A stretch of 64,000 nt of DNA from positions 75,784,240 to 75,848,239 of the forward strand of contig JARFYF010000052.1 in NCBI GenBank assembly GCA_030265395.1. Reading direction: 5' to 3'. This document shows, in pieces, positions 25,138 to 37,620 of this stretch (position 1 is its first letter; each line of letters begins with the position of its first letter). A program made the translations under genes and the position numbers. Below the pieces are notes generated by a model. The model did not search any database and was not told the DNA's origin. It was given only the letters and a program-made list of their open reading frames with translations. Source of the stretch: Rhina ancylostomus. Taxonomy: Eukaryota.

Positions 25138-26849
25138 AAAATATGAAGCTGTAAGAAGAGCAGCAAGCTTGAACAAAATTGTCAAGACAGTCCTATATGA
25201 AAAGAATAAACACAGAAGACAACCCTACTTTATGCAATATGAAGGCAAGCATGTCCCAGAGAAGGAGCTGCAGCTAAGACATGCAGGCAGTGAGATTCTA
25301 TTTTGGATGAGTTACAGCAACTTTGGCACAACGGAAAGACCCTAAGAGATCAAGCAATTTTAAATGTCTATCATCAGCAAAATCTCCAGTCATTTTTCAG
25401 CCAAAAGATACAACATGGACAGCATTATTGACAGAAAGCAGCCCTTCAGTGACTGTTAACAAAGGAATCTGCTTGTGACCTCAAAGGATTGCATGATATC
25501 CTTCACTGTATTACAGTACATAATGTTCAGCCAGACTTTTATCCCAATGATAGATGTTTTTTTTAATAATAGTACACAGAGAAACAAAATATTATAGAAG
25601 TTAAAAACAAAGCACCAAAAATTCTTCCACTTAAGGGAAAGAAATAAAATCTAATCTTTATTCATCCCTAAAATTTTGCATTCAATTTCCTGCAAATTTT
25701 GTCTTTAATTTTAAAAATGATAAATTATCAATGTATATGAATTTATTTTTTTAAAAAATTATAATAACATTTCCCTTTTATATGTCAGCATTTGTTAATC
25801 AGGAATTTATAGGAACATTCATTTTCAAAAGCCAAAGCATTAGGATCTGTAACATAATTGGCAGCTACACTTGACGTGCCGATGTCTATTAATTGTAAGC
25901 AAATAATGTGAAGATGAAATTTCAAAGTACTATCAAGTGGAAAAGACATTGGTTCAAGCTCCATTAAATTATTTAAACACTTTGTGTAGGCATCCACGTT
26001 ATTTAAGTTGCAGGTTAATTATCTCCATGTCACCTTTGACATTCAGCATCTATAATTTTGTGTTGCAATAATTAGTGTTTTCTTCTTTCACTTAAATTGG
26101 AACACAGCAGTATTAATCAGAGAAAAGGACAATACTATAAAACTAAAAAAAAATTACTCTTGCTTATTGACATATATCTCTATTTCATACCTTTGTAATT
26201 ATATTGTAAATAGTGTATATTAAATTTTGGTTTTCTTGTTAAGTTTCCAATATGTTAGTATTTCTCAATTATTTAGAATGTAATCCCACTTTATATTTTT
26301 CAGTAGAATTATAATATTATAGGATTTTACTGTATGAAAAGTAGCCATTTAAGACCATGCTAACTCATAGGTAGAGCTGATCTGTTAGTCTTGATCCCAT
26401 ATAATTACACTTCACACAATCACATGTCAGCATTCACATTTCAGGTATCAAGGTTTATATAAAGCACCAGCAAGCCACAGGTATGAATTTTTTAAAAGTG
26501 TATACAAAAAGAAGTCATTAATCTCTGCTTGACCTCAGGTGGGGACTATTTACAGTAATCTGATGGTGTGGACTCAAGGGAATAGGTCCAATGGAATACA
26601 GTGCTGCTTCAAAGAAGAATGATACTTCTATATGTTATGGAGTATAATATTCTTGTGCTTATTAGCAGCATAACACGTTTTAAAAAGGTAATCTTAATCC
26701 TAAAACTTGATTCTGGGCAAGTGAAGACAGCATCCAATGCACAAAATGTTATTGTCTAGTAGTTCACCCCAGCTGGTGAACATTAAATAAACTATGTAGT
26801 AGCAGTCCACCTTATGTTGCCTCATACTGGCTTGCAAGCCATGGTTCTA

Positions 26850-28105
26850 ACCAACAGATCTACAACAGACCCATTCTCAGTGCAGACAAGGGTCAATCAA
26901 GACTGCATCATTGCCCCAACACTTCTTTCACTATACTGCCCCTGTCATGGTTCTGGGTACTGGCCCTCAATTTGGCTCCTTTAATGCCTTGTTGTACAGC
27001 ACATGGATTCCATNNNNNNNNNNNNNNNNNNNNNNNNNNNNNNNNNNNNNNNNNNNNNNNNNNNNNNNNNNNNNNNNNNNNNNNNNNNNNNNNNNNNNNN
27101 NNNNNNNNNNNNNGCTCCTAGTTGCTTAGAGTGCTCCACTCTAGAGCAGTCCTGTGTTCTCTATTCCTTTTTGAAGATCCAGTTTGTGTTAGGATTCCTC
27201 TTCTGATCTCTGAGGCAAGATTCCTTCCAGTCGCTGCCTGTATTTGTCCTGAGGAAGTATCCTGACTCCAGTCTTGTATCAGTGTGCTGCGTTTAGGTTC
27301 TCTGCGAGCTTGCTCTTTGATCAACATTGTGACAGCCCCTTGTTGGAATAAAACTAATCTAGAGGACAAATGGGAGCTTGTTCAATCTAAATCACTTCCA
27401 CTTCTGGACCAAGGTCACCCTAAAATGAGTAATCAAGCTACAGTATACAGATGACATTTGCATATGTGCACGTTCAGAGGCCAGGCTCCAAGTCACCATG
27501 AACTCATTCACTGAGACAAGAGGATAAGTCTTACATTCAACATACACAAAATAAAGGTTTTCTACCAACCTGTCCCAGTGCACACCATTGCCCTCCAACA
27601 ATAAAGGTTCCTAACAAGGTCCTGGAAAATGTAAACCACTTCCCATGCCTTGGAAGCTGCCACTCTGTAAAGACAGACAATGATGATGAAATTCACATTG
27701 CGTTCAGTACACCAGCACAGGCTTGCAGAAAAGGGTGTTTGAAGATCAAGACCTGAAAACATCTGCAAAATTCATGGTGAATTCCTGCCCTCCTGTGTGT
27801 TTCCCAGACTTGACTACCTACAGCAGGTACCTCAAAGCACTGGAGAGATACCACCAGAACTGTTTTTGCAAAGTTCTCCAAATCCACTGGCAGGATAAGT
27901 GAACCAACTTTAGCATCTTCACCTAGGCCAACATCCCCAGCACTGAAGCCCTAATTATACCCAGTCAACTTTGCCAGGCACACCATGTCGTTCACAGACC
28001 AACACCAGACTTCTATGACAAATAAACTATTCTGAGCATTGTCACGGGAAGATATTGCTTGCTAGATAGAGGAAAAGATTCAATGATGTTCTCAAAGCCT
28101 CCTGT
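26850..28105 (+). mobile_element. RTE-clade LINE relic
   Basis: VQTRVNQDCIIAPTL (the GVKQGCVIAPTLF motif), RTNGSLFNL, LQYTDDICICARSEARLQ (YADD) and RKRFNDVLKAS. Confidence 0.75.
26943..27334 (+). mobile_element. Solo LTR (family A) with 5-bp TSD
   Basis: TGTCA...TGACA termini flanked by GCCCC at 26938-26942 and 27335-27339. Reverse complement of the copies at 44023 and 44812. Strand is inferred and there is an internal gap. Confidence 0.85.
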
Positions 28106-29953
28106 GGTCTTAAAATATTGGCAGATCAGTGGGCCGGACTACCTGGCCATTTAAGAAGATCTTGGTGTCCCTGAAAATCAGCTCCACCTCTCTGATTTTC
28201 CAACAGCATGGTTGGCAAGAGGTAAAGACAGCACTTGCACAACTTACCCCATGAGGTCACAGCTTATCTCCAAAGCAGGCTGAAGAGCAGGCGAAAGGCT
28301 GTTATTTGCCTCCTCAGAGCTGGGTGAAGAACACCAGACAAGTGATAATTTTTTTTGTGGAGAGATTGAAGTGAGTTCTCCTGATACTAAAACTCATAAT
28401 AGAGAAGTGCAAATCCATTCCCATGCTTGATTTCAGTGCAACTTCAGTGTTATTATCCTTTTTTTCCCTCAGTGTAAGTATATACTGCACAGTCATCTGC
28501 ACATACCATTGATATATTACTTTCTATGCAGCTAAATTGATTGTAAATGTTGCACCACTTAACACCAGGCAGTACCAGAAAAACCACTACAGGTAGTTCC
28601 TTCCTGGCATGGTCCACTTGACAAATATTACAGAATGGATCCAATATTGCAGGCATTTTCTGAATGATCAGGGAGCTGAGAGCAGCCTATTCCAGATTAG
28701 AATTTATTACAATTAACTGTCTGCACAAGTGATAAATGGCTGCAGCAAGAAAGGCTCGTGTCCTTGCTGATAGACAATGTATTAACATGATCAACTACAC
28801 ATTCATCCATCCTTATTTTAAAGGATCAAAGATTCTCAGATTNNNNNNNNNNNNNNNNNNNNNNNNNNNNNNNNNNNNNNNNNNNNNNNNNNNNNNNNNN
28901 NNNNNNNNNNNNNNNNNNNNNNNNNNNNNNNNNNNNNNNNNNACAAATACACAATTCCATTGAAAAATGTTGCTTGCGGCTGACTGCAGTTAATGAGCTA
29001 AACCCAATCTTTTTACATAAGCACTCTCTGGAGCCCTTCTGAAAGAATAGATGTAAACTTTGTCTGCAATTAAAACACGTTATCCTTAAAATATTTAGCG
29101 GTTGTGTACACCTCAAAGTAAAAAACCCAATGCCTTGTTACAAATCAACATTTAAATATCCTTTAGGCAAACTTTCAGAACAGACAAGTACTGTTGATAA
29201 TGAGACAAAGGGTGCAACGTTGTCTCCATGATGTGTCCATCACTTTAAAAGTTTGATGTTAATCTGATGGACAAACAATTTCACAGGTTCTTGGGAGATC
29301 AGGCCCAGTGCCAGGAGCTTGGTATGGGATTTGTAAACTTCTAGTTTTCTCTGTTCATATTCTTTAGGCAGACTTACAGGAGACAGTATTCAGAAGCACA
29401 AACAAAACAAGTGTGTGTTTGTATTGTTCTTAAAATTTTCCATATCGGTAAACCAGAGGACTCCAGAACAATGGAACATTTGTCTTCATTTATAATTTAT
29501 TTCTTCTCTTTCCAACATGTCAAGATGCTGTAATCCCCAGCGTGAAGAGTTCTTTCCTTTACTTGGCATACTGCATTTAACATATTTTATTTCCCTCCTG
29601 AAAGCCAGTGTCACCTATATACTTGCTTACAAATGGGAAAATGACTGACTTGTATTAACTAGTGCTGGATACAGTGCAGAAGCAGTATGCATTTGTGAAG
29701 TAGACAATGCAATCTATTCACTAACACTATTGAAATCTGGTGGACGTCTGCAGCTAGTTTATCAGTTTGTGCCTCATGTATTAGCATAATGGTGAATTTC
29801 AGTGCAAAAAGGGGCAATTCTTAGCACTTTCCCTTAAATATGCTTTGTTAAAGATTCACAGCTAATGTGTTTGCAAATGCAATGTAAATTTGTCCCTTTT
29901 TGTTGGGTTTGATGCTGATTGGATATACATTTCCTTGTTTTGATTCAAAGTAT

Positions 29954-30206
29954 TGTAGTGGCTAGCTACACTGAATAAAGACATGAGACACTTGTTTGAA
30001 GTTCAAGAGTTGAATGAACAACTGGGGTGCGCTGCCCCTTTAATAAACACAGTTCCCGCGCTGACGTCACGCGCAGGTCACGTGACCTTCCTGCGCGCAG
30101 GCTCCACTAGCCCAACAAAGAAGGAATGCCCCGCGCCATCTTGTGTCGGGGCCTCCGACGATGCTCACGATCGTGGGAGCTGGTTCGTGAAAGGTATGTC
30201 ACCACA
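29954..30206 (-). mobile_element. CpG-rich solo LTR (family B)
   Basis: TGT...ACA termini and close similarity to 53440-53689. GTAT lies on both flanks if a 2-nt CA extension is allowed. ATTAAA is on the minus strand. Confidence 0.8.
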
Positions 30207-30243
30207 CAGTATTGCTAATACCAAAATGTTCAAAATTTAAATA

Positions 30244-30564
30244 CAGGCCATCCCCAGGTAATGAATGGGTTCTGTTTCTACAGAAGTCAACGAGTTGATT
30301 TTGTCCATAAGTTAGCAAATACACAAAAATCACTCAATACGGTAACCAACTTCCACAGCATTGTAAAGAATGGTATCAAAAGCACATGACTGACTTGAAA
30401 TGACATTAATAAAAGTGGAGAGAGAGAGAGGAAACTAGTTCGGTCTTTCGTAGAAACAAACATAAGTATGTACGTCAGACTTGTGAATTTTATAATGTTA
30501 TGAGAGCTTGTTCATATGAAGGAGATGTCCATAAGTCAGGTGTTCATAATCCAGGGGCAGCCTG
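30244..30564. mobile_element. Tc1/mariner-pogo (Tigger-like) MITE
   Basis: TA|CAGGccatccccaggtaatgaa ... ttcataatccaggggcagCCTG|TA gives imperfect ~22-bp TIRs with a TA duplication. Confidence 0.7.
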
Positions 30565-32268
30565 TAACTCAAGCAACTGCAATTAAACTGGCTTTATAGT
30601 GATTTTGCCCAGACAAGAGTCTAGGTCTTTCATGGTAGATTGTCCAGTTCCAAACAATCAATCACATTGGATAAAATGATTGCCTTCATTATGTAAGGTT
30701 AAAACCTTGTGAAGTCTTGAAATGTTCACATAACAGCAAATCTTGAGGCAAATTCTCCACAATTTTCCCTTCAATTTGATGGGATTGAAGCAGAGGGTAA
30801 AAGAAAATGCAGCAGTTATTAACCTAAAATTGTGATTTTGCTCCCTTTAGCCCTGGTGGGGTCTTTGCTTTCCAATCCTTCACACCCATGAAATGCAAAT
30901 AGTAGGATGATAGTGGACCCCAATGGAGTTACCCTCCTTCTCATCCATGACATTTAGTGCCGCCCTGTGGATGGTGGTGATAAGTCCAGGAAGCAGCAGT
31001 AAAAACCCACAGTATCCACCATTGAGGATGTGGGTCTGACAATCATCTGTCTATTGAAGGTCTCTATCTTGCCCAAAGTTTTAGTGGAAACTTTGCTTGC
31101 AAATTCTGAGGCATTGTGGGCCTTTAAGCCCTTCAGCACAGAATCTGACTGTGTCTGCAGTCACTCAGAACCAACTAATAGCAACTTACACTCTAGTACC
31201 GGCAAGCTCAAGCTAATGACAGTAATTCAGCCACCCCACCATTGTACATATGAAATGAACCTCAACTGGGAAAATTGGCTGGTATGAGGCAAGAGTCTTG
31301 TCACACCAGAAGTCTGACCCCAAGAGAAAAATCTCCCAGCCCTCATTTCCACACTTGCTTGCATACACTTCCAGTTGACAATACTAATATGTCTCAATGT
31401 TCTTCTGGCTGAATGTTCTTCTCAGCTTTCTGGCAATGGGACATGACTGGAAAGCTCAGAAATACTAGCAAAACATCCCTACAAAGTTTAACAACCCCAT
31501 CTGGTCACATTATACACAGATGGCATCATATGTACTCAGGATAACTGAGGAAGTACAATAAATGGGAAGTTTCTTCACTAGCTAATATAATGTCAGCAAA
31601 TATATGGATGCTCAGTGCACTTGAGTTGTCAATCCACTATTTCTCATGAGAGCAAAATATGCCCTGAGAAAATATTATTTTGCAGCCAAATTTACAAATC
31701 CACTAAATTTTTTTTAGAGATGAAATCTTCATGCATATCTTTTTGATGTCATTAACCAAAGCTACTAGTGAGATTCTTATTAGGTATTATAATTTGAACT
31801 GCTTGCAACTTATTTGTTCTATCTAAACAGCACGGACTTGAAGTTTGCAAAGAACTTTTTAAGTGCTGTTGTTACATTGGGAGATAATCACTAGAGAAGA
31901 ACATTGAGACATATTACTATTGTCAACTGGAAGTGTATGCAAGCAAGTGGGAAAATTGATACAAACTTGATAAGTGGCCTTTGAGATTTTCCTATTATGT
32001 ACCTGAGTAAGCCACAAAGACAAAATACTCAGTAGCTTAGCCAAGAGCAAAAGCAGACTATCNNNNNNNNNNNNNNNNNNNNNNNNNNNNNNNNNNNNNN
32101 NNNNNNNNNNNNNNNNNNNNNNNNNNNNNNNNNNNNNNNNNNNNNNNNNNNNNNNNNNNNNNAAAGCAGACTATCTCACAACAACACTGATAGCCTTTTG
32201 AGAAAAGTATTGAAAATACCCAATGTCCATTGCCATCCATCAAGAAGTTCACTGTTCAGGTTTATTTA

Positions 32269-32344
32269 TGCCTGACATTCTTCATCAGAATTCTGATGGT
32301 CAATTCAGATTTATCATCAGAATTCTGAAGAAGAATGTCAGGCA
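32269..32344. repeat. 30-bp inverted repeat (1 mismatch) with nested 16-bp palindrome
   Basis: tgcctgacattcttcatcagaattctgatg (32269-32298) pairs with catcagaattctgaagaagaatgtcaggca (32315-32344). Confidence 0.9.
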
Positions 32345-33657
32345 AAGCATCAGCCGTTTTCTTTCCAGACCAGTGTATTTTCAGCCCTTTGCTTGCATTT
32401 TAGACTTCTGGCATTTAAACTTTTCTCATTTTATTAGTGCTTTACTACCAATGGCAACTGATGGGGGGAATAAAAACTGTTTCAAGTGAACTGCTATTTC
32501 GCTGGGGAAAGTGTGCTCATCAGTGATAATATTTATAAATTTCCTTTGTGAGAATAGACGGAAACAAGTTGTGATAAAGCTACATTCACTTAAATTTTAA
32601 TCCATGAACATATGAATATTCACTTCAATTTAACATCTTTTCAATGTTTTAATCCAATAAACAGAATTATTCTCTATAGCAGCAGATGTTAGCATGAGGG
32701 AATATTCCATAATGTTTTTTTTTCCTGAGAAAATTGATTTATATGATTTGCATTATTTAATCAAATATACTGGGAGCAATGAAATAACACAAATCAAAGA
32801 TCTACAGCAACTGATGATTAAGTTTCAGATTACTTCAGACATTAAGGCATCCCTTGTGCCCAGATGCAGCCTTGCATGTCTGATGCATCAATAGGATGCA
32901 CTTTTCTGGTTTATTATGGCATAACATAGCATTCCGAATTATGACCTGAGGAGGATTCTCTCGTAAAGTATGGATCAAACTGAAGCAGATATGTGCAGCT
33001 CAAGGGGAAAGCGAGAGCAGAGTTCATAATGGGTTGAACTTCGAACCCATAACATATGTTTAATCAGAACATAAAGCAAATGCTCAACACGAGTCTGTTA
33101 CATACACAGTTGTGCTACCCATGAACTTTCTTGATGTTTTCAACCCAAAGATTAATTCCATCCCTTAAATGCATGCTGGTTTAGTATAATTGCACCACTC
33201 CCAGGTTAAAGAGTTCCTTATGTATTTTCCTTCAATTGCACTAATTCAGGATGGGGATAAAATTAAGTCTAAAATTTCAGGTGCAGCAGCAAAGAATTTT
33301 TTGGTGTTTTACTGTGAGTCTCCAACGGACTCTTAATCGTTTTTCCTCACTGAGACTTCGCAATTATATTGTTTCTTCAAAAGCATCTTTAAGACTTCAA
33401 TATAACTCAAATTTAAAAAAAGTAAAGGCTTGTTAAAAAAAAGCAAACTAAGTTCTATAAAAAAAGTTCTATGGCACTGCCCAACTATTCTAGATCATGA
33501 AACAGTTTTTGTTTGTGATTGCGTCAGTAAGCTTGATTGAAATTTGAAATTTTAGCTTGAAACCTTTAAATGTTTCTAGCTTTTTCCAGTTTATTCCATG
33601 GATTCTGCTTATCTTGTTAAGTGGCTATGAGTGTCTGGTTATAAATGAAGTGAGAAC

Positions 33658-34295
33658 CATATAGTCATAGACATAGATATCATGGAAACAGTCCCTTCAG
33701 CCCAACTTGTCTATGTTGACTAAGATGCCTAACTGAGTGAGTCCCATTTGCCTGCATTTGACCCATATCCCTCTAAACCTTTCCTATCCATGTACCTGTC
33801 AAAATAGCTCTTAAATGTTGTAATTGTACCTGCCATCTCCTCTGACAGCTTGTTCCATATACCCATCACCCTCTGTGCAGAAAAACTTGCCCCTGAGATC
33901 CCCTTTAAATCTTTCCCCTTTCAGAATAAACCAATACTCACTAGTTTTAGATTCCCCTACCCTGGGAAAAAGATTGTGACCATGCACCTTATTTATGCCC
34001 CTCAAGATTTTTCTGTAAGATCACTCTTCAGCCTTGTTTGCTCCAGGGTAAACAGTTCCAGCCTATTCAGTGTCTCCGTATAACTCAAGCCCTCCAGTCC
34101 TGGCAATATGCTTGTGAATCCCATCTGCAGCCTCTCGAGCTTTATCATTCCGGCAGCATGCACCATACAATTGTGGCCTTGTACAGTTGTAAAATGACAT
34201 CCAAACTCCTGTACACAGTGCCCTGTCTAATGAAGGCATGCACGCCATGTGCCTTCACCACCACCCTGTCTACCTGTGTCACCCCTTTCAGGGAA
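33658..34295 (-). mobile_element. CR1 LINE 3' fragment
   Basis: SLKGVTQVDRVVVKAHGVHAFIRQGTVYRSLDVILQLYK and MRGINKVHGHNLFPRVGESKT...GERFKGDLRGKFF, with a ctatgactatatg tail. Confidence 0.9.
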
Positions 34296-34358
34296 TTACG
34301 TCCTGGTATAACTTCCCAAAATGGATCACTTTGCACTTGTATAAGTTACATTTCAACT

Positions 34359-35032
34359 GCCATTTGGTGCTCTTGATATGGCCACCTCTACTGTGGTGAG
34401 ACCAAGCACAGACTAGGTGAGCACTTTGCCAAGCACTTATGCTCAGTCTTCCATGGCCATGTGAAGCTCCCGGTTCTTAGCCATTTTAACTCCCCTCTCC
34501 ATTCCCACACTGACCTGTCCATCCTCGGCCTCTTCCACTGCCAGGGTGAGACCAAACACAAACTAGAGGAACAGCGCCTCATGTTCCTCCTCAACCCAAC
34601 GGCATGAACATTGAGTTCTCCAATTTCAGATAACCGGCTCCGCCTCTGTCCATTTTGTCTCTCCTCATGATTTACCCAGCACGTCCTACACACACCCAAC
34701 CCAGCCCCCAGACCCCCATCGCCCTGTTTATTTCCCCTTCTGCACCTACCGCATCTGCCCACCCACCTCCTGCATTTGATTCCATGCTCCACCTTCCTTT
34801 CCTAGCAGGTTCCATCATCTGCTGCCCTTTGTTGCCTCCACTTATCACCTCCCAGCCTCAGTCGCTATTTTCAATCTTCCCTCCTCCATCCGCCAATCAC
34901 CTCTCCTCACCTGGATCCACCTATCACTTGCCAGCTCTTGCTCCACCCCTTCCCCTCAACTCTTTATATTGGCTGACTCCCCTTTAGCTTTCAGTCCAGA
35001 CAAAGAGTCTCGATCCGAAACATCGACTGTCC
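34359..35032 (+). mobile_element. Penelope-like element 3' part: GIY-YIG endonuclease remnant, 3' UTR and degenerate hammerhead
   Basis: IWCS*YGHLYCGETKHRLGEHFAKHL...SHFNSPLHSHTDLSILGLFHCQGETKHKLEEQRLMF...QPNGMNIEFSNFR* (stop at 34631-34633), then a C/T-rich UTR and cagtccagacaaagagtctcgatccGAAACatcgactg. Confidence 0.85.
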
Positions 35033-35034
35033 AT

Positions 35035-37225
35035 ATATTATGAAAGGGAATCTAAATGTAAATAGTAAGAAGTTGGAACATGGTGAAATTGGTCCCATTA
35101 AGGGCAAAAATGGGATGTTGAACATGGATGCAGAAGGATCTGTTAAGGTGCTAAATGACTATTTTGCATCTGTCTTCACGAGGGAAGAGGTTGCTTCCAA
35201 AGTACAAATGTAATAGATGTGACAGACGATACATTACAACTTAATAACTCAGAGGTGTTAGAAAAATCGGCTGAAGTTAAAGTAGGTTATTCACCAGGAT
35301 CAGATGGGATTCATCCTCAGATTTTGAGGGAAGAATGCAAGGATTGTGTATGGGCCGTTGCCTTTTTTGATCTATGTTAATGACCTAGATGCAGGGGTCC
35401 AAGCCACAATTTCTAAATTTGCAGATGACAGAAAAACTTGGCAGTATTGTGAACAGCTAAGAGAATAGTCATGGATTGTAGTTTGATATAAAAAGGTTGG
35501 TGGAATGAGCAGCAGCAGTCAGATTAAGTTTAATGTGGAAAAAAGTGAGGTGATGTATTTTGGTAGGAAGAATGAGGAGAGGCAGGAGAGAATAAAGAAT
35601 ACATGCACTTGTCTACGTCAACGGTGCTGAGGTCAAGAGGGTTGAGAGCTTCAAGTTCCTGGGAGTGAACATAACCAACAGCCTGTTCTGGTCAAATCAC
35701 ATAGATGCCACGGCCAAGAAAGCTCACCAGTGCCTCTACTTCCTCAGGACGCTAAAGAAATTCAGTACTTCCCCTTTGACTCTCACAAATTTTTATTGAT
35801 GCACCATAGAAAGCATCTTATTTGGATGTATCATGGCTTGGTATGGCAACTGCTCTGCCCAGGACCACAAGAAACTGCAGAAAGTTGTGGACACAGCCCT
35901 GNNNNNNNNNNNNNNNNNNNNNNNNNNNNNNNNNNNNNNNNNNNNNNNNNNNNNNNNNNNNNNNNNNNNNNNNNNNNNNNNNNNNNNNNNNNNNNNNNNN
36001 NTGCTCTGCCCAGGACCACAAGAAACTGCAGAAAGTTGTGGACACAGCCCTGCACATCACGGACACCAGCCTTCCCTCCTTGGACTCTGCCTTTACTCTC
36101 ACTGTCTTGGTGAAGCAGCCAGCATAACCGAAGACCCACACCCACCCAGGTCATTCTCTCTTCTCTCCTCTTCCGTCAGGTAGAACATACAAGAGCCTGA
36201 GGGTATGTACCACAAGACTTAAGGTCAGCTTCTACCCCACTGTGATAAGACTATTAAACGGTTCCCTTATACAATGAAATGGACTATGACCTCACTTTCT
36301 ACCTTGTTATGACCTTGAACCTTATTGCACTGCACTTTCTCTGTAGCTGTGGCACTTTACTCTGTACTGTTATCGTTTTACCTGTACTACATTGATGCAC
36401 TCTGTACTAACCCAATGTAATTGCACTGTGTAATGAATTGACCTGTACAATCGATATGCAAGACAAGTTTTTCACTGTACCTTGGTACAAGTAACAATAA
36501 TAAACCAATACCAATACCAATAAAAGGTGTGCAGAAGCAGAAGGACTTGAGAGTATAAGTGAATAAAATCATTGAATGTAGCAGGACAGGTTGAGAAAAT
36601 GACAACAAAATTCTGGGATTTATCAACGGAGGCATAAAATTAAAGAGCGTGGAAGTTATGCTGAACCTTTTTAAAACAATGGTCTGTCCTCAGCTGGAGT
36701 ATTGTGTTCAATTTAGACCACTATATTGCAGAAAGGATGTTAGGGCATTAGAGAGAGTCCAGTATAGATTTATGAGAATGGTTCCTGGGATGAACTGCTA
36801 CAGTTACAACAATATATTAGAGAGATTGGGACTGTTTTTGTTTGGAGAAGGCTAAAGGAATACTTGATGGATGGATGTAAAATGATGAGGAGCCTGGATA
36901 GAGTGGATAGTGGGAGGTTGTTCCCTTTGGTAGAGGGGTCAAGGACCAGATGTCACACTTAAAAATAGAGAAGAGAATTAAGACGGAATGAGGGAAATCA
37001 CAAAGCATGTGGTTGGAAGCTGGAATGTGCTGCCTGTAGATGTGGTGAAGGCAGGTTCCTTTGTGGCCTTCGAGAGAGAACTAGATAAATATGTGGTGGA
37101 GGAAAATTGTAAGGCTGTGAAGAAAGGAACAATGGGAGGGACTAGACAGTTGTTGACAGAGAGCTGGCATGGGCACAATGAGCTGAACAGCCTCTTTCTG
37201 TGCTATAACCATTCTGTGATTTTCT
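35035..37225 (+). mobile_element. CR1 LINE relic with internal deletion, interrupted by a Rex1 insertion
   Basis: YFASVFT, SPGSDGIHPQILRE, IYVNDLD...ISKFADD and LFKTMVCPQLEYCVQF...KDVRALERVQYRFMRMVPG, with a ctataaccattctgtgat tail. Confidence 0.9.
35603..36521 (+). mobile_element. Rex1/Babar-type LINE 3' fragment nested in CR1
   Basis: VYVNGAEVKRVESFKFLGVNITNSLFWSNHIDATAKKAHQCLYFLRTLKKF and WYGNCSAQDHKKLQKVVDTA. Ends aataaa(ccaata)3. Confidence 0.92.
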
Positions 37226-37514
37226 GATTTACAGCATGTTCCGGTTTTGTTTCAGATTTCCAGCATGTGTGGTATTTTCCTTTAGTACCATCCAATGCAT
37301 TGCATTAGATTAGTCAAACACATTTTCTCTTTCATAAATCCATTTTGATTCTGCTTCATCATATTATTATCTACTAAATGTCTTGATATCACATCCTTTA
37401 TTACAGATTCCAGCATTTTCCCAATTACTGATGTCAGGCCAACAGGTCAGTTGTTCTCAGTGTCCTTTCTCCCTCTTTCCTTAAACAGTGATCTCAAATT
37501 CCTTGCAGACATAT

Positions 37515-37620
37515 GAGACTGCAGATGCTGGAATCTGGAGCAAAAAACAAATTGCTGGAGGAACTCAGTAGGCCAAGTAATATGCTGCTCAATCCGCTGA
37601 GATCCCTCAGCAAATTTTTT
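37515..37620. mobile_element. Short inverted Penelope-like tail fragments
   Basis: gagactgcagatgctggaatctggagc...ctggaggaactcag followed by a degenerate reverse copy. Confidence 0.6.
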
